From the IMG/VR virus record IMGVR_UViG_3300009108_000751, positions 62,001 to 126,000 of that record: DNA of 64,000 nt. One strand, given 5' to 3'. The position numbers were made by a program, and so were the translations under genes. This document shows positions 9,610-21,400 of this stretch, in pieces. The notes beneath the pieces are model-generated. The model ran no database searches. It was not told the origin of the DNA and saw nothing but the letters and a program-made list of their open reading frames with translations. Every line of letters begins with the position of its first letter. Within the stretch, counting starts at the first letter, position 1.

Positions 9610-12600
9610 TGTCTTCGAAAGACAGATTACAAAACCAGCGCCCAGGCGTTTTTAGACCTTCCGTCGTGAGGGATGAAGGCGGTGGAGCAGGAGTAGTTAG
9701 ATTCATTACCCGGGCCGATCTTGATGCTGGGATATCTTATGAAGACTATTTCATTTACGATGAAAGTACGGGAATAAAATCAACGCAACAAATCCCGGTT
9801 GATTTTAGCAAGTTTCAAAATCATACATTTTTTAATTCTGCCCAAGCTAATGTCAATGTCACTTTTAACAGTCTTATTAATCACTATCCTTTCGATGGAT
9901 CACGAAAAGAATTAGAAAAGTTTTTGAACGGCCTTACGGGTTTTGATAATTACGTTCTTTCACAGTTTCCTACAAATTTAGGTGCACTCGTATTCTCCGG
10001 ATCGACGTCCGGAGCAGCAGATTCTGGGACATACATCGAAGTAAAAGACTTTTCAGGTGCAGATTTTGTCGACTTCTCATCAGATCGATCTGGAAAGAGC
10101 GTGCTCGCCCTGGATGAGAAAAGCTATACTGTAGAAACTCAGATTTTCCCTGCACCTCTAGCCAACGGTAATGAAGTACTTTTTCAAAAAGTTTCTGGTA
10201 GTACAAACGGCTACACGATGGCTATGAAATCTAACGTATCTACGACGGCTGCCGAAGTGATGTTTGCAATACGATCTGGGTCCGCCAACTTAATAGTATC
10301 AGCTTCTATCCCTAAAAATGAATTTAGCCACATTGCTGCTGTTTACGACAGATCTAAAGATGAGGGCAGGTTAAAGCTATATCTTAATTCTAAGCTTGTT
10401 GGGACTTCTTCCAATACTGCGATTTTCGGGCCCATAGACTTCAATAATTCATCTCTCTTTATTGGAACCGGCAGCATTCACCAGGGAATCTTGCATGATA
10501 GCGCAAACTTCACCCCCAGCAGGACATTCTCTGGCTCTTTGGACGAAGTGAGAATTTTTCAAGAAGCAAGAACTGAGCATCAATTAAAGTCCAATCAAGA
10601 GAGAAATGTATTCGCATCAGATCCGCTTCGTCTTTACTATAAGTTTAATGAGCCCTCATCTAGTTTCGGAGATAATTCAATTGTCTTAGATAGCAGCGGA
10701 AAATCCCTGCATTCTCGTGTATCTAACTACACGGTTTATAACAGGGTTACATCAAGTTATCCGGCAGCTCTTTCGTCTGAAGAAAGAAAATTCAATCCGG
10801 TGCTTTTCCCACAATTTGAAAAAGTTATCGATCTTAACGAAAAGTTGCTGGCATCTGCTAGCACATATGATAATGCGAATCCAAACCTTATAACAAGGCT
10901 TGTTCCATCACACTATTTTGATGAGGGCAAAAATTACTTTGCCATGAACACTACAGACGGTGACCTGATACTGCCGTACACCGGATCTTCAATTCCGGGA
11001 TCTGGTGATCTAGGCAGCTCACAGGTTCTAACTGCAATGCTTTTTGTGTGGGCTAAGTTTTTTGACGAGCTTAAAACATCCACAGACCAGTTCTCTAAAG
11101 TCTTAGATCCTGCATACACAAGCGATGAAGGGCTATCAGATTCATTCATTATGTTCCTCGTGAATCATTACGGTTTTGAACCGCCACCTATTCTTACAAA
11201 AGCGACCGCAGAGCAGTACTTTCACGGAGAAAATGTAAAGGGAACCTATACTAACATAGCAGAAAGCCTGCAGTCTATCAGGAACCAGATCCTTAGAAGG
11301 TTCCTTGTAAACATAAAGGATATCATTAGTTCGAAAGGTACGATCCACAGTGTCAAAGCAGCTTTGAGAGCTACTGGCCTGGATCCTGATATCTTAGTTA
11401 GAATCAAAGAATACGGCGGCCCTAAAAAATTTAGCTTCGCTCAGATGAGAACCAATCGATCAACCATACAGTCTTCTATAGACTTTAGTGGGTCAATGAA
11501 CAATACCCGAAATGAGACCATCGATGCGCAAGGATTCACAACATCATCTCCTCGGTTAATAGCTGACTTTTTGACAGGATCGAGAAGGTCTGTAGGTTTT
11601 CCTGAGCCCGTAGGTACATTTGTTCAGCCAAATACAACCTTTGGTGGCTACCACGGAGTAAGCAATGATCTCTCCGACGGATTGTTAACATCTGGGTCTT
11701 GGTCTTATGAGGGAATATATCGATTCCCAGTATCGGGTAGCTTTGCGCTTACACAATCAGCGGCCAGAATCCACATAACAGGAACAACAGCACCTTCTAC
11801 CAAGCACGGTGTCGCCGCCAACTTGCTAGTGATGTCCGGCGCGTCTCCTTCTGTTAAGCTCTTTCTTCGGGCTACCACAGATGCCTATACTGCCGCTGCA
11901 AAGAGGCCTCTTGAGATAACGCTTCCTGGGCCAGATGTGATGGATGGTGAAAAATGGAATCTTTCCTTTGGCAGGATAAGAAACGACCAGGCAGGAACTC
12001 ATCTCTCATCATCGTACTTCTTGAGATGTGCCAAGCAAGAAGGTGGCAGGATATTTGAGTCTTACACGACAGCTTCTTTTTACAAGGAAGACCCGACAGG
12101 CACTGCGTCAAAAGTAGTTTTCCAAAAATCAGGATCCCTAAACACCTCAGGATCGTTTATTGTCATCGGATCCCAGTCTCTGGATACATCTGCAAATTTA
12201 TTCTTAAACGGGCCAGATATTGATGATCAGGCCCAGATAACAAATTTCAGCGGCGAAGTAGCTCAGGTCCGATTTTGGTCAAAAGCGCTCACTGAACCTG
12301 AGTGGAAAGAACATGTAAGGAATCCAACTTCTGTAGGCGTTGAAGCCCCTAGAAAGAATTTTAATTTCAACACAGCGATTACAGGTGCTTTTGAAAGGCT
12401 AAGAATGGATCTTTCCATAGACCAGCCGATCTCAGCATCAGATTCCTCCGGCCAGATTATCTTGACAGACTTCTCGCAAAACAATATTCATGGCACAGGA
12501 TCTGCTTTTGAAGCTTCTAAGACACTGTTTAATTTTGAGAAAGTCAACTTCACTACACTTCCGCCCGCATTTGATGATCTTGAAAACTCTAACAAGATTC

Positions 12601-13121
12601 GACCGCGAAGCTTTGTAAGCTCTTCTAATATTACTGATTTTAGCGCTGCAAAAGCTCCTCTTTATGAGATACCTCCCAACGATCAGCCCCAGGATGACGC
12701 AAGGTTCTCTATAGATTTCTCAGTAACGTCTGCGTTAAACGAAGATATTGTCACTATGTTTGGAACGCTTGACGAGATAGATGACGCTCTTGGCGGAGCC
12801 AATTTACAGTTTTCAGCTGATTATCCCCAACTCCAGGTTTTGCGTGATAATTACTTTAACAAGCTAGAGGAAAAAGTAAGCTTTAAGCAATTTTTAGAAT
12901 TCTTTAGGTGGTTTGATACATCTGTTGGAACCATGCTTGAACAACTCGTTCCAAAAAATTCTAATTTCTTAGGTGTTAACTTTGTTATAGAGCCTCACAG
13001 TCTAGAGCGAGCCAAAGTTCAGTACCAGTATAATGGACAGTATATCGGCGAAGACTTTAGGACTGATCTTAAGGGCCAGTATCTATTACAGCTAATTGAA
13101 GGAAGAGCGAGCAAGTTCTGA
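9609..13121 (+). CDS. Large baseplate protein with LamG/concanavalin-like domains and gp7/gpI-like KGT segment
   Basis: FSHIAAVYD...LKLYLNSKL...FSGSLDEVRIF and FSGEVAQVRFWSKALT (LamG); IISSKGTIHSVKAAL. Confidence 0.65.
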   Translation: MSSKDRLQNQRPGVFRPSVVRDEGGGAGVVRFITRADLDAGISYEDYFIYDESTGIKSTQQIPVDFSKFQNHTFFNSAQANVNVTFNSLINHYPFDGSRKELEKFLNGLTGFDNYVLSQFPTNLGALVFSGSTSGAADSGTYIEVKDFSGADFVDFSSDRSGKSVLALDEKSYTVETQIFPAPLANGNEVLFQKVSGSTNGYTMAMKSNVSTTAAEVMFAIRSGSANLIVSASIPKNEFSHIAAVYDRSKDEGRLKLYLNSKLVGTSSNTAIFGPIDFNNSSLFIGTGSIHQGILHDSANFTPSRTFSGSLDEVRIFQEARTEHQLKSNQERNVFASDPLRLYYKFNEPSSSFGDNSIVLDSSGKSLHSRVSNYTVYNRVTSSYPAALSSEERKFNPVLFPQFEKVIDLNEKLLASASTYDNANPNLITRLVPSHYFDEGKNYFAMNTTDGDLILPYTGSSIPGSGDLGSSQVLTAMLFVWAKFFDELKTSTDQFSKVLDPAYTSDEGLSDSFIMFLVNHYGFEPPPILTKATAEQYFHGENVKGTYTNIAESLQSIRNQILRRFLVNIKDIISSKGTIHSVKAALRATGLDPDILVRIKEYGGPKKFSFAQMRTNRSTIQSSIDFSGSMNNTRNETIDAQGFTTSSPRLIADFLTGSRRSVGFPEPVGTFVQPNTTFGGYHGVSNDLSDGLLTSGSWSYEGIYRFPVSGSFALTQSAARIHITGTTAPSTKHGVAANLLVMSGASPSVKLFLRATTDAYTAAAKRPLEITLPGPDVMDGEKWNLSFGRIRNDQAGTHLSSSYFLRCAKQEGGRIFESYTTASFYKEDPTGTASKVVFQKSGSLNTSGSFIVIGSQSLDTSANLFLNGPDIDDQAQITNFSGEVAQVRFWSKALTEPEWKEHVRNPTSVGVEAPRKNFNFNTAITGAFERLRMDLSIDQPISASDSSGQIILTDFSQNNIHGTGSAFEASKTLFNFEKVNFTTLPPAFDDLENSNKIRPRSFVSSSNITDFSAAKAPLYEIPPNDQPQDDARFSIDFSVTSALNEDIVTMFGTLDEIDDALGGANLQFSADYPQLQVLRDNYFNKLEEKVSFKQFLEFFRWFDTSVGTMLEQLVPKNSNFLGVNFVIEPHSLERAKVQYQYNGQYIGEDFRTDLKGQYLLQLIEGRASKF

Positions 13122-14512
13122 TGAAGACAGGTAAAAATACATCAAAATTCCAATATAATTCATCAAAAGAGAACCAGATAACGGGTTCAAGCGCCCAGTT
13201 TCCTGTTCGTAGACTCTACGGGGGCATACCACCTGTCGCTGCTACTTCAACACTAACGTTTACCGGGACAGGGTCTATCGGAGCCACTATAACATTAGTA
13301 AATACTGCCCAGCTAAGCAGGACCTATACAGTCGCTTCTTCACTCGACGCTGCAGCAAGAGAGTTCCGAGCAACATCTGCGACCCAGGCCCGAGATGATC
13401 TGACAACATGCATCGAAGCTTCAGCAGGCCACAATGGAACAATCATCACTTCAGGGACCTCGACCACCATATTGACCCTCACCCAAGCTGAAGTCGGTAA
13501 GGCTGGAAATACTATAATTCTCTCAAGCAGCTTGAACGTGACCCTGTCTCCCCTAACAGGGAGCTTCTCAGGTGGTCAGGATGGTCGCGACCAGAAATAT
13601 AACCCGCATGCTAAAGAGTACGTTATTGGTGGGGGCTCCGGGAGCTTCACAGCCCAGATTGATCCTTATCGTCAAGGTGTTTCAATACTAACAGATAATC
13701 AGCGCGCCCAGGCAGCACTTCCAACTTTTGATCCAAAGAATACAGGCATTGAAGAAAAATATATTTTTGGGCAGTCCACGCTCTCAGAATTTGCTTGGCC
13801 CTTCATAGAGAAGCCAAACATGGAAAACATCGGTGCAACCGAAGGGCTTTTTGCTTTTGCTCAGGGTAGTATAGCAACTTCATCATTTGTCGATCTAGAG
13901 TATGAAGTTATACAGGCAGATAAGCGATATATTCTAGGAAACATCCTTAACGGGACTGCGGAAGTTTTATCAAGCGTCCGATCAGCATTTGATCCAAAGA
14001 TTTTCTCTCGATCCCTTGATCCAATAGGATCTGATACCCGAACAGGAATCAAAGCGGATATCATGGAGGGAAATTCTTTCTATATGAAGGGTACAAGCAC
14101 GGTTAAGCCCTTAATCCCAATGACTGTGTTTGGCAATTCTCCTTTCGTAGATGGATTTGGAGTTGCAGGTATTGGAATCACAGGTAATCCTGCCAGTATG
14201 TCTCTAGCATCAGGTACAGTTTTTGCTCCTAATAGAAGACATGCCCTGGGAGAGAAATTATACTTTAATGAGACTTACGGCCCAGTACCCTTCGATGAGA
14301 CAGATTTTGAGAGCAGAATGTTTACAAAGGCCCAGATAAACAGTCTTAATTTAGATGCTGACTTTAAGACTGCGCTGCTTAACAATGTGTCAGGATCCAC
14401 AGAAGATCTAATCCCAGACGGTTTTAAATCCGCACGAACAGGATTTATATTTACAAACAATGGATTAAACGTGGACTCCATCGCGTTTGGAGGCCTGAGA
14501 AGAGATGCCTAA
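13121..14512 (+). CDS. Virion structural protein, S/T/G-rich, unknown fold
   Basis: Coupled TGATG start; composition and context. Confidence 0.5.
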   Translation: MKTGKNTSKFQYNSSKENQITGSSAQFPVRRLYGGIPPVAATSTLTFTGTGSIGATITLVNTAQLSRTYTVASSLDAAAREFRATSATQARDDLTTCIEASAGHNGTIITSGTSTTILTLTQAEVGKAGNTIILSSSLNVTLSPLTGSFSGGQDGRDQKYNPHAKEYVIGGGSGSFTAQIDPYRQGVSILTDNQRAQAALPTFDPKNTGIEEKYIFGQSTLSEFAWPFIEKPNMENIGATEGLFAFAQGSIATSSFVDLEYEVIQADKRYILGNILNGTAEVLSSVRSAFDPKIFSRSLDPIGSDTRTGIKADIMEGNSFYMKGTSTVKPLIPMTVFGNSPFVDGFGVAGIGITGNPASMSLASGTVFAPNRRHALGEKLYFNETYGPVPFDETDFESRMFTKAQINSLNLDADFKTALLNNVSGSTEDLIPDGFKSARTGFIFTNNGLNVDSIAFGGLRRDA

Positions 14513-17500
14513 GAAGAGACCAGAAAGACTATTAAAGTATGACCTAAAGAAGAAGTTCACGTCAGTGAGCGGTAGCGTATACTTCTCTTCGGGAGACCCT
14601 ACTGAGCACTTGATTCTATGGGCTCGGGCAGCTACAAAAGCCGCTGTGCCCACTACAGCTGAAGACGCTTCCGGCGTAGGGCACTCTGTGGAATTCCAAG
14701 ATTCAGGAGGCTCGGGCGGAGGCGGTCAAAACCAGACTGCTCTTACTACACCCTTCTCTTCTCTAAATCTAGCTAATGTAAATTCCGCGGCTCGATTTCC
14801 TAAGTCATCTACTGTCTATGTAAATGTGGAAGATGCCGCCGATCTCTCATTCGGTGACGGATCAACAGACAGCTCATTCAGCTTATCGACTTGGGTTCAA
14901 ATAACGAGCGCATCTTCTACGGTAGGGCTAGTCCAGAAAGGCTTAGGAACCGGCCTCTCTCCTAATGAATATAAAATCTTTTATCATGATGGTGATCTCA
15001 CGGGTTCTCTTTCTGACGTTTCTGCAAGTGCCGCTCTTAACTTCTTGGCGTCCCCTGGCGCATTATTTTCTGAGAATACTTGGCACCACATAGCATTCAC
15101 ATACAATAATTCACTTACCAAAACCGGAAGAGGTAAGTTCTACTTTGACGGTAGGTTTATTTCGGGTTCGTGCAGTGAAACTGGAACTTATGTTGCTATG
15201 GAGGCAGGCGCCGGCGACCTTAGAATAGCAGAAAACATGAACAACCAACCGATGGAGTTCATGCAAGCCGCAATTTGGACAGGAAAGGTTCTCTCTGCAG
15301 AGGATATCAATGCGCTCTACAATGCCTCAAAGGGTATAAAAGATGTTGCTAAGCAGCGTGTTTACGTAGGGTCTACTGGTATCACCTCGCTCCCAGTGCG
15401 CCCCTATCTGCAGTCAATCGATAATGCTACAGGATCTTATCCTTCCACATATCGGCTCGGTGATTCCAGGACAGGTCACTATTCCTCCTCTTTCGACGAC
15501 ACCTCGGCGATAAGGTTTCAAAAGCAAGGCACAAATTCAGGCCTAAGTGCTCAAGTAACCCTAGGGCAGCAACTTAGACAGGGAAGTCAGTACTCTGGAT
15601 CTCTGGTGGTTGCCCCTAATTCACTACCTGATCTAGCGCTAACTAGTTCTGCTACTAGTGTGATACCAGGGGTCTCTGACGCCCGGGTTCGATTTACCCC
15701 AGGTGACGATTTCACTCCTTATGTTGAAGCCAACCAATACGCCGCCGACGAAACGGCAACAGGAGATGCATTTTGGGCCACGGGAACACTTCCTTCTATA
15801 GTGGGGCAAGGTTTTACGAACCCCTTGTGGTCAAAAACAAAGATTGAGATTGACCTTAATCCCACGACCACATCTGAGATCTTTTGGTCGACAGGATCGT
15901 CGGCGTCTCCTATTGGATCTGGTTTCTCGTACTATAATTTCGATCTTAACCAGTGGGAGATGTTAGGATGTGATATTACTGGAAGTGCGGTTGATTACGT
16001 TAACGCTATTCCTGCGGTCGCTACGGGATCTCTTCTGGCATATGTTCCTGGGCAAAACACATCCTGGGCAGGCCTAGATTCAGTTAGTGATATTATTCGA
16101 CTCCAGTCCGGATATCCTACTACTTACGCAGGCTTCCCGTCAGCCACTCAGTTTAATGCAACTTCTTCGCAGCTTTTTGATGTAAGCTCTGTTATAAGAC
16201 ACCCTTTTATGGTCGAAAAAATCGCCTATGAGTTTAGCGGATCTCTTCCCCTAGGGACACAAAATAACCTAGCAGAAAAGACGTATTTCAATTTTGGGAT
16301 CCTCAATCATCACCAAAATTCTCGACTTTTAAATTCCTTTGCTACAACTTACTTTAACAGTGGGACAAACCAAACAGGTACTCCCAGCACAAATCCATCC
16401 AACTATAGCATGGAGCAAATGCGAGCAGTTGCTGAACGACGCATTACTGTTCCTAAGGACCTCGTCGCCAATGGTGTAGTTGCAATATGTGAAAATTTTG
16501 TTACCAAGCCTATGCAGAGAAGAGATCTGAATATTCAAGTTCCTGCATCACCTTCCCCTTCTGGCAACTCATACAGGGGAACGACGGGATCATTTGTGCT
16601 TAGCATGTCTGCAAATACTCCAGTATATGCGCCAACACTCCAGTATCATAAAGCTTTCACTTCCGGCGGAGGCAGAAAAGGGTGGTCGGGAAACAGTAAT
16701 GATCTTTATAGGTTTTTGTCTTACCAGGGCGGCGGCCGAAGCGGCCTTACTAACGGGATAGACGGAGGTCTTCTTTCTACTGGGCGATCATTCGCAAGAT
16801 CGAATGCTGCCGCAAATTTATCAGGCTCACTTAAAATAATTAGATTTGATGTTGCAACTTCTGGGTTAGGATTCCAGGTATACGATAAAGTTCGACAAGA
16901 TTCACCTTATCTTCTCATGCCCGGTGACAAGCTTAGTTTTTACTGGGCTAACCAGAAGTGGATCGAGTACTCTAATACAACTGAGGATGATGTTAGCAAG
17001 TTTAAGCTCCAGATACACCCAGGACAAGGGAAGCTCGTCCTATATGGCTCCATGATCCGCGATGGAAGAGAGTTTCACCAAGGGCTTAACCAGCACTTGA
17101 CATCGGATGCCATCCACGAGGACGTTCAAAGTTCTGCTACAGATAGCACACCGTACTGCCTCGACCAGTTTAACGTAGAGTATTATCAAACCTATTCAGG
17201 GTCTTACAGTGACTACGCTGTGAAGGGAATACAGTCTAGAAATCCCACGGTAGGCGCTGGAAGGTTAAGCCTAGTACCTCACAGCGTCGTCGGGGGTCAA
17301 GCAGGTACCACAGGTTCTATTTTAAGGGGCGTTCGCTTGGTGGATCTGAATGAACGCTACTTGGATTCCCTGTTCGTGGATCCGAACACTGTTGCCAGGG
17401 TAAATGAGCAAGCTTTTGTGAAACAGCTCAATAACACAGTAGGAACAATATCGCCTGACAGCTCCTTGGGATATTATGTGCTAGGCAGTGCAGATAGCAA

Positions 17501-18404
17501 TTCTAGCGTTTCCAAGTCAGACAGAGTTTGGCCAAGGTCATTTCCTTTTGATGACAGGTATGGCGGAAGCAACCTTGAAAGAGTGGAATCACCGTCTGCA
17601 GCAAGAGTATTAAAAGATTTTACCAATACCGACAACGGAAAAACTCGCAAAAGAAGCGCTAGTATGCTAACAGTCCTCGCAGGACCTCAAGATTCAGGAG
17701 ACTCAAGCACTCAAGTCTACACAGTTATGGACTTTGTGAACACTACTACTTATGAAGCCCTCCAGGAGCAAAGCAGGCAGTTTCTTAAGTACTTCTTTGG
17801 CTTTGGAGACAGTATTGATTATAACCTTCCTCGTGCTGTAAAAAATATGGGGACAGGAACAAACAACTCTTTTCACATCGGCAACGATGTGGAGATCCGA
17901 GGCTTTAAGTACGGGCTCATAAGTGCACTACCGACATTTACTTCCGCTGTTTATCGAAGAGATAGGTTCGGACAAGCTCGGGATATGTTTGAGCAAAGGC
18001 AGTACAGCGCATTTGAGAAGCATAGGTTTGAAATGGAAAGTCCTAACCCTAGGGACAACGAAGGAGAAAGAAAGGACATTCCAGGGCAGTTAGCTTCTGC
18101 TGTGTCCATAGAATTTAAGAAAGTTTCTGCAACAGGTGAAGTCGCTGAAATATTACCCTTGACCAAAACAGATTTTGAAAACATAAAAGCCCTTACTAGA
18201 AATAACCTTCGAGGAGTCTGGGGAAGAGGTTGCAACACTGATCCTTTCGCTAGATCCCAAAGACCATACTTTGATTCTAATCCTCTATTCCCATCGGGAA
18301 GCTTCGGCCAGCAAGGCGAGGAAAAACAAGTTGAGTCAATGCTTAATGATTTAAACCAGGGAAGTATTCTTTCCGATATCACACAAACCACGTTTGGAAG
18401 CTAG
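14505..18404 (+). CDS. Large LamG-domain virion (baseplate/receptor-binding) protein
   Basis: FSLSTWVQ...WHHIAFTY...FYFDG...AAIWTGKVLSAEDINALYN is a LamG-like domain. Confidence 0.65.
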   Translation: MPKKRPERLLKYDLKKKFTSVSGSVYFSSGDPTEHLILWARAATKAAVPTTAEDASGVGHSVEFQDSGGSGGGGQNQTALTTPFSSLNLANVNSAARFPKSSTVYVNVEDAADLSFGDGSTDSSFSLSTWVQITSASSTVGLVQKGLGTGLSPNEYKIFYHDGDLTGSLSDVSASAALNFLASPGALFSENTWHHIAFTYNNSLTKTGRGKFYFDGRFISGSCSETGTYVAMEAGAGDLRIAENMNNQPMEFMQAAIWTGKVLSAEDINALYNASKGIKDVAKQRVYVGSTGITSLPVRPYLQSIDNATGSYPSTYRLGDSRTGHYSSSFDDTSAIRFQKQGTNSGLSAQVTLGQQLRQGSQYSGSLVVAPNSLPDLALTSSATSVIPGVSDARVRFTPGDDFTPYVEANQYAADETATGDAFWATGTLPSIVGQGFTNPLWSKTKIEIDLNPTTTSEIFWSTGSSASPIGSGFSYYNFDLNQWEMLGCDITGSAVDYVNAIPAVATGSLLAYVPGQNTSWAGLDSVSDIIRLQSGYPTTYAGFPSATQFNATSSQLFDVSSVIRHPFMVEKIAYEFSGSLPLGTQNNLAEKTYFNFGILNHHQNSRLLNSFATTYFNSGTNQTGTPSTNPSNYSMEQMRAVAERRITVPKDLVANGVVAICENFVTKPMQRRDLNIQVPASPSPSGNSYRGTTGSFVLSMSANTPVYAPTLQYHKAFTSGGGRKGWSGNSNDLYRFLSYQGGGRSGLTNGIDGGLLSTGRSFARSNAAANLSGSLKIIRFDVATSGLGFQVYDKVRQDSPYLLMPGDKLSFYWANQKWIEYSNTTEDDVSKFKLQIHPGQGKLVLYGSMIRDGREFHQGLNQHLTSDAIHEDVQSSATDSTPYCLDQFNVEYYQTYSGSYSDYAVKGIQSRNPTVGAGRLSLVPHSVVGGQAGTTGSILRGVRLVDLNERYLDSLFVDPNTVARVNEQAFVKQLNNTVGTISPDSSLGYYVLGSADSNSSVSKSDRVWPRSFPFDDRYGGSNLERVESPSAARVLKDFTNTDNGKTRKRSASMLTVLAGPQDSGDSSTQVYTVMDFVNTTTYEALQEQSRQFLKYFFGFGDSIDYNLPRAVKNMGTGTNNSFHIGNDVEIRGFKYGLISALPTFTSAVYRRDRFGQARDMFEQRQYSAFEKHRFEMESPNPRDNEGERKDIPGQLASAVSIEFKKVSATGEVAEILPLTKTDFENIKALTRNNLRGVWGRGCNTDPFARSQRPYFDSNPLFPSGSFGQQGEEKQVESMLNDLNQGSILSDITQTTFGS

Positions 18405-18426
18405 AATAGCTTGATTTGAGGGATCC

Positions 18427-21400
18427 TTGGCAGATTTTACCAAATTCTTTGTTAACTCAAAGACAGGAAAGATCGAAACGATCGGCGCTACAAAGATCAG
18501 CGTCATTGATTTCCGTGCCGCTACGGCCCGAGTCGGTTCTGGTGAACTGCCGGGAACTGATACAAGCTTTTTCTCTTCCGGGTCTATTAATGCCAAGTCT
18601 AACAGCAAGTTCGGAATCAGTACTTTCGGCGGGGATCTTGTAACATCCGGAGCCATATTTTCTGAGCTTGGCTTAAGTGGATCTTTGACAAGATTAACGG
18701 ATGGTACTAGCTATCTTATAGCGGGAACTAATATAACCATTAGCTCTTCGTCCAACGGGTCAGTTACTATTACGGGAATAGCACAAGATAGCGAAGTTCT
18801 GGTAAAGGAAGAGCTTAGCACAGACTCCGGCGCCACCACGACGACGTACGCTCTAACAAATACTCCGAATGATGCCGCGGCAATGGCTGTTTATGTCAAC
18901 GGCATACTGAGGCTTTCTGGATCTGCCAATGATTACACTTATGCCCAGGCGTCTAATCAAGTAATTTTCAATCCCTCGCCACCATCTGGAAGCATCATAC
19001 AGGCAATTTTTACGACTGGATCCTCTGGAGGCGGCGAGGGATCTTCAAACGTCTGGTCACGGTCTTCAAATAGTGCTTACCTGACAACTACATCTGATCT
19101 AGTAGGGATAGGTACGTCTTCTCCCGAGGCCAAGCTAGAAGTCTCAAATGCTGTAGATCCCAATAATGATCTTAACGATCCTACAGATTATCAGGCTGTG
19201 CTTAGGCATGGTAGCACGACAACTAACAAAAGTGTTGGTATCGGATTTGTTGTAGACACTGCAGCTGATAATATTGGCGCCGCGATAATTCATAACAGGG
19301 ATGGAAACTACTCACAGGGTAACCTCCAGTTCTACACTAAGAATTCTACAGCAGACGGCGCTGACCCTGCACTGGCACTGACCATAACTAACGACCAAAA
19401 GGTGGGTATTGGGACTGCATCACCCGGTGCAAAAATAGAAGTTCAAGTTTCTAATTCTGATAATACAGGCGGGGTCTTTGTTAACAGTGATGAGACGGGT
19501 GGCTACTACGCGCTCGAGGTTGATGCAGAATCCACTTCTAACCCTGCTGCCTATATTCATGGGTATGGAACTCATCTTGAACAGGACATTTCATCTGGTT
19601 ATGGTTTAAAAGTATCTAGAAATATAGCCGAAGGGGGATCAAATCCGCTGGTTAATATTCACGATGATAATGCCAACAATACGCAGACAACTCTAAAAGT
19701 AACGCAAGATGGCACAGGGGACCTCGTTAATTTTCTAACAGGTTCCACAGAGGTCGTGACTATCGACAACACTGGTCAATTAGGTGTCGGCACTTCATCG
19801 CCTAATGAGAAGATTACGATAGAAGGCGCGATATCTTTTGACGAGTTAGCTTCATCTCCTGGGGCAACTTCTGGATATGGGAAAGTTTTTGTAAAGAGTT
19901 CGGATAGTAAGCTCTACTTTAAAAATGATTCGGGGACAGAGTTTGATTTAACTGCAGCCGCCACCAGCGGGGCACCCACAGATGCCCAGTATGTTGTGCT
20001 TAGTTCAAATGGAGCATTGACCGCTGAAAGGGTTCTGACAGCAGGAAATGGAATTGCCCTAGTAGATAGTGGCTCAGGTGCAAACCTTACAATCTCACAA
20101 AGTATCAACACAGATGATTTCGCATTTGCATCAAATGAGCTTCATTTAGCGACGCAGGTTTTGAAATCCGCGTCTACAGATTCAGGTACTGCAGACGGAG
20201 CAAGCCATACGTTGACTTTCGCAGGCGGCGAAGGCATAGACACATCTGCAGCAGGCTCTACAGTAACAATCTCAGGTGAGAATGCCTCTACTTCTAACAA
20301 GGGCGTCGCATCATTTACAGCTGCAGACTTTACGGTCATCGGCGGCAATGTCAGCCTAGGTGACAATGTCTTGAAGCAGGTAGAAACAGACTCAGGAACT
20401 GCCACAGCGTCATCTCATAAGATCGATATTGCAGGTGGTACCGGGATAAAAACATCAGCGACAGGTGACACAGTAACTCTTGCAATCAATGACAGCGTAG
20501 TAGCTACGCTCTCAGGCTCTGCATTTACGGGCGGTGTCAAGATATCTGATAATCTCAGAGTTACAGGTACAGGTTCTTTTGACACAGGCCTCTCTGGCTC
20601 ACTGACAAGGCTCACGGATGGTTCGTCGTATCTCATAGCTGGAAGCAATATTACTATCACTTCTGCCTCAAATGGCTCTGTTACGATCGCAGGGAATGCA
20701 GGTGACATCACCGCTGTTACTGCCGGAACAGGACTAACTGGCGGGGGTTCATCTGGCGATGTAACTCTTGCGATTGATGACTCTGTAGTAGCTACAATCT
20801 CCGGAGCAAACTTTACAGGTAATGTAGGAGTTACGGGATCTATTAGATCAACCCTTGGTTATTCTGGATCTCTAACAAACCTCCTAGATGGAACTTCTTA
20901 TCTTGCTGCAGGAGCTGGAATCTCGATCTCATCTTCTTCCAATGGGCAAATTGTAATCACGAATGACGGCACTGTTGGCGATATTACTTCTGTAACTGCC
21001 GGCACTGGCCTCACGGGAGGAGGCAGTTCAGGTGATGTAACTCTCAATATCGACGATTCTGTAGTAGCTACGATCTCAGGCTCTGCATTCACCGGCGGTG
21101 TCAAGATATCTGACAACCTTCGAGTCACGGGAACAGGCTCTTTTGACACGGGAATATCGGGATCACTTACCCGTCTCACTGATGGAACCTCCTATCTTGT
21201 AGCGGGTACCAATGTCACAATAACCTCTGCCTCAAACGGCCAGATCACAATTGCTTCATCTGGAGGTGGAAGCGGTACTAGCTTCTTCACATCTCCTGCA
21301 GCGGGAAAGATCAACACCACGGGATCTGCGGTCTTTGCTGGCGGTCAACTAGGAACATCTTACGTTGCAACAACTGTCGGAAGCGATGTCTTCTTCTTCG